Program-made: the position numbers and the translations under genes | Shown: one piece after another, positions 28,920-39,424 of the stretch | Layout of the letters: every line of letters begins with the position of its first letter | How positions within the stretch are numbered: position 1 is the stretch's first letter | NCBI GenBank assembly: GCA_963788195.1 | Contig: CAWBGA010000017.1 | Location: forward strand, 416,001 to 480,000 | From: Nitrospirota bacterium | GTDB lineage: Bacteria; Nitrospirota; Nitrospiria; Nitrospirales; NS-4 | DNA: 64,000 bases | Direction: 5' to 3' | Notes under the pieces: generated by a model | Database searches by the model: none | Seen by the model: only the letters and a program-made list of their open reading frames with translations | Told to the model about the DNA's origin: nothing

Positions 28920-31037
28920 CTATCCGACGGTCGTGCTGAGCAGGTATGTTTCCATTTCTTTTCGCTGCTGGTCATAGGTCCGTTGCAACCGCTCGATTTC
29001 GCTCTGCAGCTTCTCGATATGGCTCTCCTGATCGTTGAGCTTGCCGAGTAAGCGCGTATAGTATTGGCTGTTTTGCGTCACCGTATTCAGATTGTCCCGG
29101 ATTCGCTTTTGCTCCTGGGTGATTTCTGCCAATTCCCTTCGCTTCTGTTCGATCTGCCGCTGGGTGTCCAGCACTGCGCTCTTGAGCCCGATGGTCTTGA
29201 TCAGGGCCTCTCGCACGTCCGACGGGATCTCCCCGCTTCGCGTGTAGAATTCCAGTTGGCCGAGATCGGCGGGTAGGATCGCAATCGTTTCCGCTTGTAC
29301 CGTCTCCTCTTTGACAGTCAGTCTCCGAGCCTTCCCGGCCGGAATCTGATCACGAAAACGGTACAGCGAATCCGTGGTCTCCATAGGTTTGGGTGTCTCG
29401 ACCAGCTTCCACCCCGCTTGGATGGGATGTTCGATAATCACGTCTTTGGCTTTCTGCGATTTGTTCTCTATGAAATACTCTTGCGTGACACCATGCTTCC
29501 GAGTGAGATGTAACACTCCTTTGACCAGCCGTCCGGTCTGAATATTGTTGTCCTGCACACGATGCGTCGCGTTCACCTGCATCTCCAAGTCGATCCCATA
29601 GCTGATGAACCGCTCCTGGCCGGGGGCAAGACTGTCGATCTGCGCATCACCGGCATAGCCATGGTCATCCAAAACCGTTATGGGTCCCTGCAAGAGATGT
29701 TTGCCGGTCGTATTCTTGATCCGCGCTCCATAAAGCGGATTCCTCGGCAACACAGTTTGATTGTAAATACTCACACGCTCCGCTGCGACTTCCTCGGTCA
29801 CGATCGGCAGCATAGCCGCACGCTGGCGGGGGAGCGAGACATTCGCAATGGTGTATTGAAAGAGCTCGCCGATCTTGCCGGCCGCGGCAACCGACGCGAT
29901 CCCGGAGGTTGGATCGATGCCGCGTGCGGGAAGACTTCCCGGTTTGGATTCCGAGAGGACGCCTTCAGCGCCGGCCTGATCGCGTCTGAGCTGGTTCTGT
30001 CTCGTCGACGGGCTCGGCGCTTTCTTGAGCGCATCCTTTTCGCGCTCCTGTTTATTCTCGGCGAACTGTTCGGCGGCGCGATCCTTATCCAGTCCGGCAT
30101 CGTAGGTCTGGGGCCGCAGACTGGCAAAAAGCTCAGGCTGGACGATCGGCCGTGGAAGGTACAGGGGCTGATATAACTCCTCGATGAAGGAAATTGGGCG
30201 CCCGCTGACCAGGGAGAGATTCACGTGCTTCCAGTCACTGTCCGTCTGGTTCTCGAGAATCGCCCACCCCTGTAACTTCGCTTTTTCCTCTTTGCCGGGC
30301 AGAATCAAACGATAACTGGTTTTCCAGATCGGAGTTTCGACGACATAGCCAAGCCTGACCTGGCGCTCGCCCTGTCCTCGAAAACTGATCGAGACGGTTT
30401 TCTTGTCCTGATCTCTGGCCTGAGACAGAGCCATCAACGCTTTGTTTAACTCGTCCTGGAGTTGCTCGTCTTCCAGTTCGATTTTCTGCACATCATCCAG
30501 GGACACAGCTCGAATGCTGCCCCCGGCGATAAGATTCACGACCGGGACCTCAATGACACGGCCTTTGTCATCGACGGCTTTGGGCTTGCGCTCAACTCCG
30601 AGGATCATTCCCGTGATCCGCTCGGCCTGTGCTGTCACCGTCAGCTTCGCCCCGCGGAGTTGGGTTAGTAAGTCGGCCAGTGGCGGATTGCCGGTGATAT
30701 TGACCTGAAAGCTCCGTAGTGTCTTGGATAGCGGATCTTGAGAGGGAAACACCACTGCGGTGACCGTCCCCACGCGATCCTCAAGAACCAAGGACTTGAG
30801 AATATCGTTGATCTGATTGGTTTTGAATCTAAGCTCGGTCGTCACATCCCCTGCGATGGTCCCTGCGTGCTCGAAATAACCGACGCCGCTGCTGAACAGT
30901 ACGACATTTCGGACCGGGATGTCCGGCGCGGGAGCCTGAGGGGATGAGGCGCCCGCGGCGAGCGCCGTAGATATGGCGCCGGCGGCGACGGTTGAAACTA
31001 TCACGAAAAAGAGAACAATCCGACGCAGCTGTTTCAT
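28920..31037 (-). CDS. Secreted DUF4139-like protein with C-terminal coiled coil
   Basis: Signal peptide, VVLFSSGVGYFEH, INDILKSL, PIWKTSYRL, LVSGRPISF. Confidence 0.75.
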   Translation of the reverse strand: MKQLRRIVLFFVIVSTVAAGAISTALAAGASSPQAPAPDIPVRNVVLFSSGVGYFEHAGTIAGDVTTELRFKTNQINDILKSLVLEDRVGTVTAVVFPSQDPLSKTLRSFQVNITGNPPLADLLTQLRGAKLTVTAQAERITGMILGVERKPKAVDDKGRVIEVPVVNLIAGGSIRAVSLDDVQKIELEDEQLQDELNKALMALSQARDQDKKTVSISFRGQGERQVRLGYVVETPIWKTSYRLILPGKEEKAKLQGWAILENQTDSDWKHVNLSLVSGRPISFIEELYQPLYLPRPIVQPELFASLRPQTYDAGLDKDRAAEQFAENKQEREKDALKKAPSPSTRQNQLRRDQAGAEGVLSESKPGSLPARGIDPTSGIASVAAAGKIGELFQYTIANVSLPRQRAAMLPIVTEEVAAERVSIYNQTVLPRNPLYGARIKNTTGKHLLQGPITVLDDHGYAGDAQIDSLAPGQERFISYGIDLEMQVNATHRVQDNNIQTGRLVKGVLHLTRKHGVTQEYFIENKSQKAKDVIIEHPIQAGWKLVETPKPMETTDSLYRFRDQIPAGKARRLTVKEETVQAETIAILPADLGQLEFYTRSGEIPSDVREALIKTIGLKSAVLDTQRQIEQKRRELAEITQEQKRIRDNLNTVTQNSQYYTRLLGKLNDQESHIEKLQSEIERLQRTYDQQRKEMETYLLSTTVG

Positions 31038-31271
31038 ATTTATCCTTTCGGCCAAGGTGAATTGTGTGACCCTCTTGACCAGTAAGATGCGGTGAACATG
31101 CAGATCCTTTCACCGTCAGACGCAAAAATCGAGACCTCGTCGCAACTATTTTGCGATTCTATGTGATTCAAGCATCTCAACAAACATTTTCGACGCCGCC
31201 GCGGCGGTCATGAGATCCCTACGAGCGGGTCGCTTCCGGTACCTCTGGCACAGCTTGCGCCCGTCCCATTC

Positions 31272-31300
31272 TTGACGTCATCGGAATAACACCCTAAACT
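31272..31300 (+). promoter_or_regulatory. Sigma70-type promoter for nfeD-SPFH
   Basis: TTGACG-N17-TAAACT. Confidence 0.55.
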
Positions 31301-31326
31301 TGGCCCGTCACCTGCGGGCGGATCAT

Positions 31327-31765
31327 ATGGAATGGTGGTATTGGTTATTGCTGGGATTGATTCTGTTGGGCGTGGAGCTTGTCGCGCCCAGCGGTTTTTA
31401 TCTCATGTTTCTGGGGCTGGCTGCGCTATGCGTCGGAACGCTGGTCGCGCTGGGCATGGCGAAGGCGATCTGGTTGCAGTGGGTACTGTTTTCGGGTCTC
31501 TCGGTCGTCGCCCTCCTGTTTTTTCGCGGGCCATTGCTCGCGCGGTTCAAATACAAAGAACGTCCTCACGCCATAGTGGACCCCTTGGTGGGAGAGATCG
31601 CCATCCCTCTTGGAAGATGTCGCGCCGGGTTCTACAGGCAAAGCCGAACTCCATGGAACGGCCTGGACGGTCCTCAACAGCGGCGACAGCATTCTGACAA
31701 AGGGACAGCGCACCCGTGTGGTTCGCGTCGACGGGCTCACCCTCTGGATCGCTCAAGACACGTAA
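31327..31765 (+). CDS. Short NfeD-family protein (YbbJ-like), frameshift ~31610
   Basis: MEWWYWLLLGLILLGVEL..GFYL, then in another frame GKAELHGTAW...GQRTRVVRVDGLTLWI*; precedes SPFH gene. Confidence 0.85.
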
Positions 31766-31778
31766 AAGGAGACGAACA

Positions 31779-32742
31779 ATGCCTGAAGGCTGGGTGATGT
31801 CAGGGGGGGTGATGGCCGCGCTGGTCCTGGCGCTGCTCGTCGTGATCGTCATCGCAAAAACCGCCGTGGTCGTGCCCCAGCAAAGCGCCTATGTTGTCGA
31901 ACGGCTGGGTCGCTATTCCTCGACGCTGAGCGCCGGCTTCCATCTGCTCGTGCCGTTTCTGGACGCGATCCGTTACCGGCATTCGCTCAAGGAAGACGCG
32001 ATGGATATCCCCGAGCAGATATGCATCACGCGCGACAACGTGCAGGTCTCGGTCGACGGCATCCTCTATCTCAAGGTCTTAAATCCCGAGCGCGCCTCGT
32101 ATGGCATTGGCGACTACCGTTTCGCGATTACCCAGTTGGCGCAAACGACACTGAGAAGCGAGATCGGCAAGATCGAGCTGGACCGGACGTTCGAGATGCG
32201 CACCAATATCAACACCCAGGTCGTTAATGAGCTCGACAAGGCATCGGAGCCGTGGGGCGTGAAGGTCCTGCGCTATGAGATCAGAAACATCACACCCCCC
32301 AAAGATATCCTGGCCGCCATGGAAAAGCAGATGCGGGCGGAGCGCGAGAAGAGAGCCGTCATCCTGACGTCGGAAGGCGATCGGGATGCCGCCATCAATG
32401 AGGCCGAAGGTCAAAAGCAGAAGGTGATCAAAGCCTCTGAGGCGAAGAAGCAGCAGCAAATTAACGAGGCGGAAGGCGCGGCCTCCGCGATCCTCGCAAT
32501 TGCAGACGCCACGGCACAGGGGATCCGAAAGGTCGCCGAGTCGATCCAAGTGCAGGGCGGCTACGAAGCAGTGCAGCTGCGCGTCGCCGAACAGTACATT
32601 GGAAAATTCGGCGAACTCGCGAAGGCCAGCAACACGCTTGGTCCTTCCTGCCACCGTCTCGGATGTCGGCTCAATGATCGCTCTCGCCATGAACGTCATC
32701 GGTCGGAAACCAGAACCGCCTGCCACCAGTCGGCCGGCTTAG
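31779..32742 (+). CDS. SPFH/band 7 (stomatin/QmcA-like) protein, frameshift ~32640
   Basis: VVERLGRY, ITRDNV, LAQTTLRSEIG, WGVKVLRYEI, MEKQMRAEREKRA. Confidence 0.93.
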
Positions 32743-32744
32743 AT

Positions 32745-33954
32745 CTATTTCATGACCGCGGCGAGAAAGTGCTCAATAGCATACGTGCTCAGCTGGCCGC
32801 ACGGGCCACTGAAGTTCAGATCGCAGCTGTGCGTAGCCCAGGGCATCGTCAGCAGATACTGCTTACGGCCATAGGATGCCAACCGGACCGCAAGACGCTC
32901 GCTTTGCTCCTCCGCTACCAATTCATCCCGCCCGCCATGAATCAGGAGCGTTGGAGGCGTTGTACTCCCCACGAAGTAAAATGGGGAGGCCTCCAAGTAA
33001 GGTTGTGGCATGTTATCGGGATCGGATCCAAGATAGGCTTTCAACAGCGCCACGCGAATCAAGCACCGCGGGATTGGCGGGAAAAGTGTAGCTGAAGCGC
33101 AGATCAGGTGGCCCGTAAAATGAGATGACGCCGCGAACCGCGGAATTTCCGGCCACATAGCCCGCCAGCATTGCCAATTGCGCGCCGGCGGACCGTCCCA
33201 GGAGCACAAGACGATCTCCATCGATCCCGAGATCGGCCGCATGCGTCTTTAAATAGACAATCGCGTGTTTGACATCTTCAAACGCGGCTGGAAATTTGTG
33301 CTTCGGCGCCAGACGATAGTTCATCGCCGCGACGAGATAGCCCCGCCCGGCAAGAAAGCGATTGAGCGCCGCGAATTCACCCTTATCACCAGTCTGCCAG
33401 CTTCCACCGTGAATGACGAGAACGACAGGCCGCAGCTTGGAACTCGAAGCGATCGAGGATGGCTTGTAAAGATCCAGCGCCAGATCCACGCCTTCCGCCT
33501 TGTTGTAGATGACGCTCGTCGGCTGGATCGCGGGTGTCGCTACTCCCATAAACAAATCGGTGAGGGCAAGGGGTGTCGCTCTGGGAGCGGCGTCACCCGA
33601 CCTGGGGAGCTCAGCCTTGCCGAATGACCGCTCAAGACCCGAAGGCAACTCCTTGGCGGACAGAACTGCCTGCATGACCGGTGTCAGCGTGAGAAATGCG
33701 GCGATGAGGCAAAGCAGCGCCCCTATGAGGCCGATCCACGAAGGCTGCGCGCGATCGGAAAATCCAAAGCCGCCCAGGACAAGGAGGGCCAATGCGAGCA
33801 CTGTGAGCCAATGTCCCCACTCAGTGACGGCCAGCGCAACCATCCACAACAGATGGGTCGGCGCGGGGATGAACACCAACAGAGCCGCGAGGACAAGCCC
33901 GGCGCCCAGAACCAAACGCAAGAGGAGAAAAAACTTGGACGTTAAGAAATCCAA
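32745..33954 (-). CDS. Membrane-anchored alpha/beta hydrolase (esterase), frameshift ~33100
   Basis: Three N-terminal TM segments, HGGSW, NYRLAP, GRSAG, PPTLLIHGGRDELV, WATH. Confidence 0.88.
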
Positions 33955-34055
33955 CTCTAGACCCCTCTCGTAGAGTCAGATAGAAATCCCAGACAGCCCA
34001 GTCGGGATACGTAGACGCGGGCGATGACTCGCAGATCAAAGGAGGAAAAGACACC

Positions 34056-34545
34056 ATGAAGTTCAGCCGACCCCTCTGGATTGCGCTTTTCATCATGACC
34101 GGCCTCATCGGCGGCTGCAGTACGACGGACACCCCTGGAGCCAGGACCGCGGATACTGCCAAACCCAAGACCGGGATGACGCAACAGGCGTCGCTGTACC
34201 AGCGGTTGGGCGAAAAGCCGGCCATCACGGCCGTGGTGGACGAGTTTGTAGCGCGGGTTGCTGCCGATAGCCGCATCAACAGCCGATTCGCCAACTACCA
34301 ACATCCCTAGACTTAAAATGAATCTGGTCGATCAAATCTGCGCGGCATCCGGTGGTCCGTGTACCTATAAAGGCCGCGATATGAAGACTACGCATGCGGG
34401 CATGAGAATCACGAACGCCGACTTTGATGCGTTGGTAGGCGATTTGGTCGCGGCGTTGAATAAGTTTAAAGTCCCTGAGCGTGAGAAAAATGAGTTGCTT
34501 TCGGTGCTAGGCCCGATGCGTAAGGATATCGTAGAAACCCAATAG
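34056..34545 (+). CDS. Group I truncated haemoglobin with lipoprotein signal, frameshift ~34296
   Basis: GGAGG RBS; IGGC lipobox; SLYQRLG, VVDEFVARVAADSRINSRF, QICAASGGPCTYKGRDMKTTHAGM. Confidence 0.9.
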
Positions 34546-34556
34546 CCCGCCGAAAA

Positions 34557-34633
34557 AGGGGACAGGCTACTTTTTCAGTTCTTGATGCCGCAGCCAAAAC
34601 ACGCCTTCGTTCCGAAAAAGTTGCCTGTCCCCT
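34557..34633. repeat. 20-bp inverted repeat between convergent genes (REP-like, possible bidirectional terminator)
   Basis: aggggacaggctactttttc (34557-34576) / gaaaaagttgcctgtcccct (34614-34633), one mismatch. Confidence 0.8.
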
Positions 34634-34660
34634 CGTGGCTGCCTTCCCCTGGGGCCCCTG

Positions 34661-35386
34661 TTATCCGTGGACCTCTTCGCCGGCCATCGCATCCTGAGCT
34701 TCCGCATCCATCGTCGTTCCAGACTCCGAGAGAACGAACTGCTCCGCTTCGCCCAAGTCCTTAATATCGCGAAGCGCCGGCAGGTCGGCCAGGTCTTTGA
34801 GCCCGAATGCTTGCAAAAATTGTTTGCTGGTGCCGTACATGAGCGGCCGTCCCGGAATGTCCTTGCGCCCGACAATCCGAATCAAACGACGATCCAGCAG
34901 CGTCCGCAGGACACCGGCGGTATCCACTCCGCGAATTTGTTCAATCTCCGCTCTGACGAGCGGTTGTTTGTAGGCAATGATCGCGAGGGTCTCCATTGCA
35001 CTTCGGGACACCTTGGCGCCTGCTTTGGCTTTCTCCAGCCGCTTGATCCAGACGGAACAGTCGGCCCGTGTCGCCATCTGATAGCCACCAGCGACCTCGA
35101 CAATCTGAAGGCCCCGGCCATCCGCGGCATAGTCTGCCTGCAACGCCCGCATCGCCTCGTGAACTTCCGCCCGAGAGGCTCCTTCCAATACGCCGATCAT
35201 CCGATCAAGGGAAAGGGGTTCTCCGGACACAAACAATAGCGCTTCCAGAATACCCTTCAACCCACTTCCACCGCAGGACGGGGATGCACCGGCGGCGTGT
35301 GCCGTAACCCCATTTCCACCGCCATTGCCATGCCCATTCGGACCCTCGTGATCAACAAGCTCGGCACTTTCTGATTCAATGTTCAT
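34661..35386 (-). CDS. scpB: SMC-Scp complex subunit ScpB
   Basis: LEALLFVSGEPL, EVAGGYQMAT, ETLAIIAYKQP, IEQIRGV, GRPLMYGT. Confidence 0.96.
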   Translation of the reverse strand: MNIESESAELVDHEGPNGHGNGGGNGVTAHAAGASPSCGGSGLKGILEALLFVSGEPLSLDRMIGVLEGASRAEVHEAMRALQADYAADGRGLQIVEVAGGYQMATRADCSVWIKRLEKAKAGAKVSRSAMETLAIIAYKQPLVRAEIEQIRGVDTAGVLRTLLDRRLIRIVGRKDIPGRPLMYGTSKQFLQAFGLKDLADLPALRDIKDLGEAEQFVLSESGTTMDAEAQDAMAGEEVHG

Positions 35387-36180
35387 AGCTGATCCTTTGC
35401 TAGCGCGTCCTCCTCCGACTCCGGCAAAAATGCCCGAGACAGAAGGATCGCTCCGAATGCCTCTGCTTGAAAGACACACACGAGCTTCAGACGAATGAGT
35501 TCCAACAATCCCAAGAACGTGACGATCAGCACGACCGGCCCATCGGTAGGAGCAAATAACCTCTCGAAGGCTACCGCCGCAGACTCCTCAAGCCGCTCCA
35601 AAATATAGTTCATGCGATCCTTGACGGTCAGGTGATCGGCGGTGACTTCCAACAAGGTCCTCGATGGCGCACGCCGAATGACGTCCTGGAGCGCATCCAT
35701 CAAATCAAACAGCGTAAGCTCGAGAGGCGTCTCCTCGACATCCTCCGGTTTAGGCGCCGGCAGCGGCGTACGGCTATATACCTCTTGCCATAATCGCGCG
35801 CGATCCTGCAGATCGTGAGCAGCTTCTTTGAACTGTTTGTATTGCAAGAGTTGCCGCACGAGATCAGCGCGCGGATCCTGGCCTTCCTCCTCCTCGGCGT
35901 CCGGCTCGCCCGGCAGCAACATCTTCGACTTGATGAGGATCAATGTCGCCGCAAGCACAAGAAATTCCCCAGCCACTTCCAGGTTCAGCGACTTCATCAC
36001 ATTGAGATGCTCGAGATATTGTCGAGTGATCAGCGCCATCGGGATATCATAGATGTTGATCTCATTTTTCTTAATCAGATGCAGCAGAAGATCCAGGGGA
36101 CCTTCAAACTGATCGAGACGGATCTGGTAAGACGCTTCGACGCTTTCAGTATCTCCTTTCAACTGCACAGGCATCTCCAC
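35383..36180 (-). CDS. scpA: Segregation/condensation protein A
   Basis: FEGPLDLLLHLI, EFLVLAATLILIKSKMLLP, TFLGLLEL. Confidence 0.96.
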   Translation of the reverse strand: MEMPVQLKGDTESVEASYQIRLDQFEGPLDLLLHLIKKNEINIYDIPMALITRQYLEHLNVMKSLNLEVAGEFLVLAATLILIKSKMLLPGEPDAEEEEGQDPRADLVRQLLQYKQFKEAAHDLQDRARLWQEVYSRTPLPAPKPEDVEETPLELTLFDLMDALQDVIRRAPSRTLLEVTADHLTVKDRMNYILERLEESAAVAFERLFAPTDGPVVLIVTFLGLLELIRLKLVCVFQAEAFGAILLSRAFLPESEEDALAKDQL

Positions 36181-36255
36181 TCTACCCCTAGCTTACTTGA
36201 AAGCCTTCTACCAGGTTTAGTAGGTAAATACAAGAACCAAGTCAACCTATGGTGG

Positions 36256-37381
36256 TTACCCGTTTTTTAGGATGATAATGAAGGCGACAAAAAAGATCAG
36301 CAGGGCCGCGCCGACGATCGCAAGAAAAACTAGGACTGTCAAACCCGACGGAAGACCGCGGCGTAGCAAACGTCGCCCGGGTGAAATTCGGCTCCTCCTG
36401 GTAAAAGACTTTCGAGAAATCGGCCCTCCCCCGAAAGACTGCATCCGCAAAACTCACGTCACCTCGGAAAGTCGCACGGCGGAAATAGCTATCGGCATTG
36501 AACACTGTGTGGATAAAGAAGACCGCTTTCTCAAAAAGCGCTTCGGAAAAATCGGAAATGCCGTCCAGTCGACTCCCGGAAAAGCCGACGCCCATCTTGA
36601 AATAGGCGCGGGAAAAGCTGGATTCTTGTTTAAACCAGACCGAGAGAAAATTGGTGAGACCGTTGAATCCCGCGCGAAGGAAAGTGACCGGCTCTTCAAA
36701 GATGGTTTGATAAAAGCGGGTGTTGCTGGAAAAGGCGGTCTTCTCGAACGTCACGTGCTTGGCAAAGAAGCAGCTCAGAAAAAATGCATTCCCGAGGTAC
36801 ACAGCATTGGAGCTGTCAACAGCCTGCAAGAACACGGTGCGTGAAAGGTCGACTTCCTTCCTAAAGGTCGTCCCCTTGAATGATACCACTCCTTGAATGA
36901 CAACCCTGTCCCCCAAGACACGGTGTTCTGTCATATCCGGCTTAAACTGCGTGTCAATCAATCCATCCACTACCGAGTCTTCGATAATGAGGGGACCTCG
37001 AATCATTCTCAGTTCTGCGACCCCAGACTGGTTGAGCTGCGCCACGACAGACTCCGGAAGCACATTTGAGGTCACCGGCACAGACTTGAGCTGAGTCAAC
37101 AAGAGATCCCCACGAACCACTGCATTCTTAAGCGATACCCCTCTTCCTGCGTTCATGGCGTCAAGAATCTCCGTGGCGTCAACCGCGTGTTGCGTCGGGT
37201 CGAGTTTCAGGCAGTCGGAGGTCCAGTGGCGGATGAACATGCCGGATGACCCGACAGGTTCACGCTCGACGGTACAGGCGGTCGCCGCGAAAAGAGGGAT
37301 TACCAGGCCTATGCCGAAGGTCAGCATGGACAATAAGATGCGGTCGGCTCTCAAGATGCCACATGAAAGCGCTTTCGGCAT
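36256..37381 (-). CDS. Exported pentapeptide-repeat-like protein with C-terminal TM anchor (frameshift ~36330)
   Basis: Repeated ~11-residue F-x-x-A/T-x-F units (FEKTAFSSNTRFYQTIF...FSRAYF...FSEALF); TM helix FLAIVGAALLIFFVAFIIIL in ORF 36256..36450. Confidence 0.75.
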
Positions 37382-37458
37382 GACGGAGGCTATATCAACA
37401 CACAGGCGCCGTCCTAGTATAGGAGAAAAGTCGCCGAGATCATAGGGGGCTCTGGAGA

Positions 37459-38265
37459 CTAACGGGTAGGGGTGACGACGATTTCGACCCGCCGATTGTG
37501 GGCGCGCGCATCGTCATTGGTGTTTGGCGTGAGTGGTCGCGTGCCGGCCAAACCCGTTGCGGAGAGCCGCCACGGTTCCACGCCGTCCAGTTCCTTGAGG
37601 TACGTGGCGACGCCGATGGCCCGCGCATAGGACAGTTCAAAGTTTGTGAGGAACCGGGGCGGCGGTTCTGAGCGAATACGAACATCATCTGTATGACCTT
37701 CCACACGAATATACGTGGTGGACGGAGTGCGCAGCGCATCCGAAATTCGCTTCAACACCTTCAGCCCCTGCGGTCGTATCTCCGCGGAGCCGGAGTCGTA
37801 GAGTATCCGCTCGGCCAGCACAACCTTGACCGCATGCCGATCCCCCCGTACCGAACCGCTGCCTTCGGTTATCTCTTCTTTCAGACTTCCCTGGAGGTCA
37901 TGAAGCGTGGTTTTCATTTGCTGATCCTTGGTGGTTAAGGACATCCTGGTAGCCAGGAGCTCACGGTCAAGGTTCGCGTTTTCCTCCTCTTTCGTTCTAA
38001 GTTCCGCTTGGATGGCTTCCAGCCGGCGAGTCAGCAAGTCTACTTTTTCCTGTGTGCTGAGCTCCCCGTCGGCCGCCGGCTTGGCGCCTTCACTAAACTT
38101 CATCTCCGCCAGTTCCTTCTGCAGCTGCGTCAACTCGCTGCGGGCCGCGAGACTGCGCCCCTGGGCCTTTTCGTAGGCCTCACGAAGCGCTTCGTAATAG
38201 TCAAGAGAGACACATCCCAGCAGTACTGGAAACAGACAGGCCCATAGTAGCGGTCGACACATCAT
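37459..38265 (-). CDS. OmpA/MotB-family peptidoglycan-binding lipoprotein with coiled coil
   Basis: LLGC lipobox, VEGHTD, NFELSYARAIGV, NRRVEI. Confidence 0.88.
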   Translation of the reverse strand: MMCRPLLWACLFPVLLGCVSLDYYEALREAYEKAQGRSLAARSELTQLQKELAEMKFSEGAKPAADGELSTQEKVDLLTRRLEAIQAELRTKEEENANLDRELLATRMSLTTKDQQMKTTLHDLQGSLKEEITEGSGSVRGDRHAVKVVLAERILYDSGSAEIRPQGLKVLKRISDALRTPSTTYIRVEGHTDDVRIRSEPPPRFLTNFELSYARAIGVATYLKELDGVEPWRLSATGLAGTRPLTPNTNDDARAHNRRVEIVVTPTR

Positions 38266-38362
38266 CGGCGTTTCAGGCGGAGTTTTACCATTTATCGTTC
38301 CATCTTAGGGTGTTTCTCTTACCAAATCAAGTTTCTAGTGGTGTTGCCAGGAAGGATACGGC

Positions 38363-38608
38363 GTGAGTACACTATGGATTGCGGAAAACGTCTCGTCAAA
38401 TGCGAAAGGATATATGGTACTCACATTTATCTCGGATCCTCTCGATGAAGAGCATGCAAGCGGGCATTTCTATCATGTGTGTCAAGGAGTCCTTCAGAAA
38501 GAGGAAGTCCTCCCCCCTGCCGACGGGGAACCGATCGCGTGTACAGGATGCGGGGTAGAGTTGGAACTCGAGGATTTTAAAGAGGCTCATTTAAAAGGCG
38601 CGGTGTGA
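38363..38608 (+). CDS. Small hypothetical protein, possible metal-binding (HxC...CxxC)
   Basis: GGAAGGA RBS, GTG start, HFYHVC and CTGC. Confidence 0.65.
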   Translation: MSTLWIAENVSSNAKGYMVLTFISDPLDEEHASGHFYHVCQGVLQKEEVLPPADGEPIACTGCGVELELEDFKEAHLKGAV

Positions 38609-38622
38609 CTTCTTTCCCTATT

Positions 38623-38875
38623 ACACCCGCCAAGCATTCCACACGAACCCGCCCTGGAGTTATCTCGACCCCTTGCAAATGAAGGCAAGGGGTGCCCCGG
38701 ACAAACTCCCTCTTCCCCTAGGCTGCTCGCTACTACACCCAGCCCATCCCAGAACTCGCCAAGACGAGTTCGTCTCGCCCCTCTCACCCGCCCGACCCTG
38801 GAGTTTGCCAAGACAAACTCCTTTACCCCTAGGCCTGAGGATTGTTTGAGGCGCCGGGGGCAGTTTCTTTTTTCT
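38623..38875 (+). repeat. Mosaic cluster of the hairpin-repeat family between convergent genes
   Basis: gaactcg-ccaaga-cgagttc (38752-38771), ggagtttg-ccaaga-caaactcc (38800-38821), nested accccttgc/gcaaggggt hairpin. Confidence 0.88.
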
Positions 38876-38884
38876 TTATTTGGG

Positions 38885-39382
38885 CTACCGGTAGTTAATG
38901 AACTGTAGATCGACGCCGAAATCCTTCCCCTTCAAGAACCCAATGACCAACTGGAGGTCATCGCGACTTTTGCTCAAGACCCGGACCTGATCGCCCTGGA
39001 TCTGCGCCTGGGCTTTGAACTTAGCGTCCCTGATCTCCTTCGCGATCTCCTTCGCCTTTTCGCTTGAGAGGCCGTTCTGAATTTTTGCTACCTGCCGGAC
39101 CGTGCCTCCGAGTGCCGGCTCGACGTTGCCAAAGGAAAACGCCTTGACGGACACACTTCGCTTGATCAGCTTCGCCCTCAGAATATCCACAACGCTTTTG
39201 ATTTTGTAGTCATCATCGGAAACGATCACGAGTTCGCCTTCCTTCTCTTTGAGCGTCAGCTCGGTTTTCGTGCCTTTGAAGTCGAATCGCTGCGAGATTT
39301 CCTTTATGGCCTGGTCCACGGCATTCTTGACTTCCTGCATATCCACTTTCGACACGACATCGAACGAATTCTGTTCCGCCAT
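38885..39382 (-). CDS. yajQ: YajQ-family nucleotide/c-di-GMP-binding protein
   Basis: [41 protein letters not shown]. Confidence 0.96.
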   Translation of the reverse strand: MAEQNSFDVVSKVDMQEVKNAVDQAIKEISQRFDFKGTKTELTLKEKEGELVIVSDDDYKIKSVVDILRAKLIKRSVSVKAFSFGNVEPALGGTVRQVAKIQNGLSSEKAKEIAKEIRDAKFKAQAQIQGDQVRVLSKSRDDLQLVIGFLKGKDFGVDLQFINYR

Positions 39383-39424
39383 GGGACGTTTGCTCCTTTG
39401 CGTTTCTCAAGATACCAAAAAAAG

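Noticed and set aside
31246..31260. Sigma54 promoter TGGCACAGCTTGCGC upstream of nfeD
   Set aside because: Poor -12 element, and a better sigma70 match lies at 31272-31300
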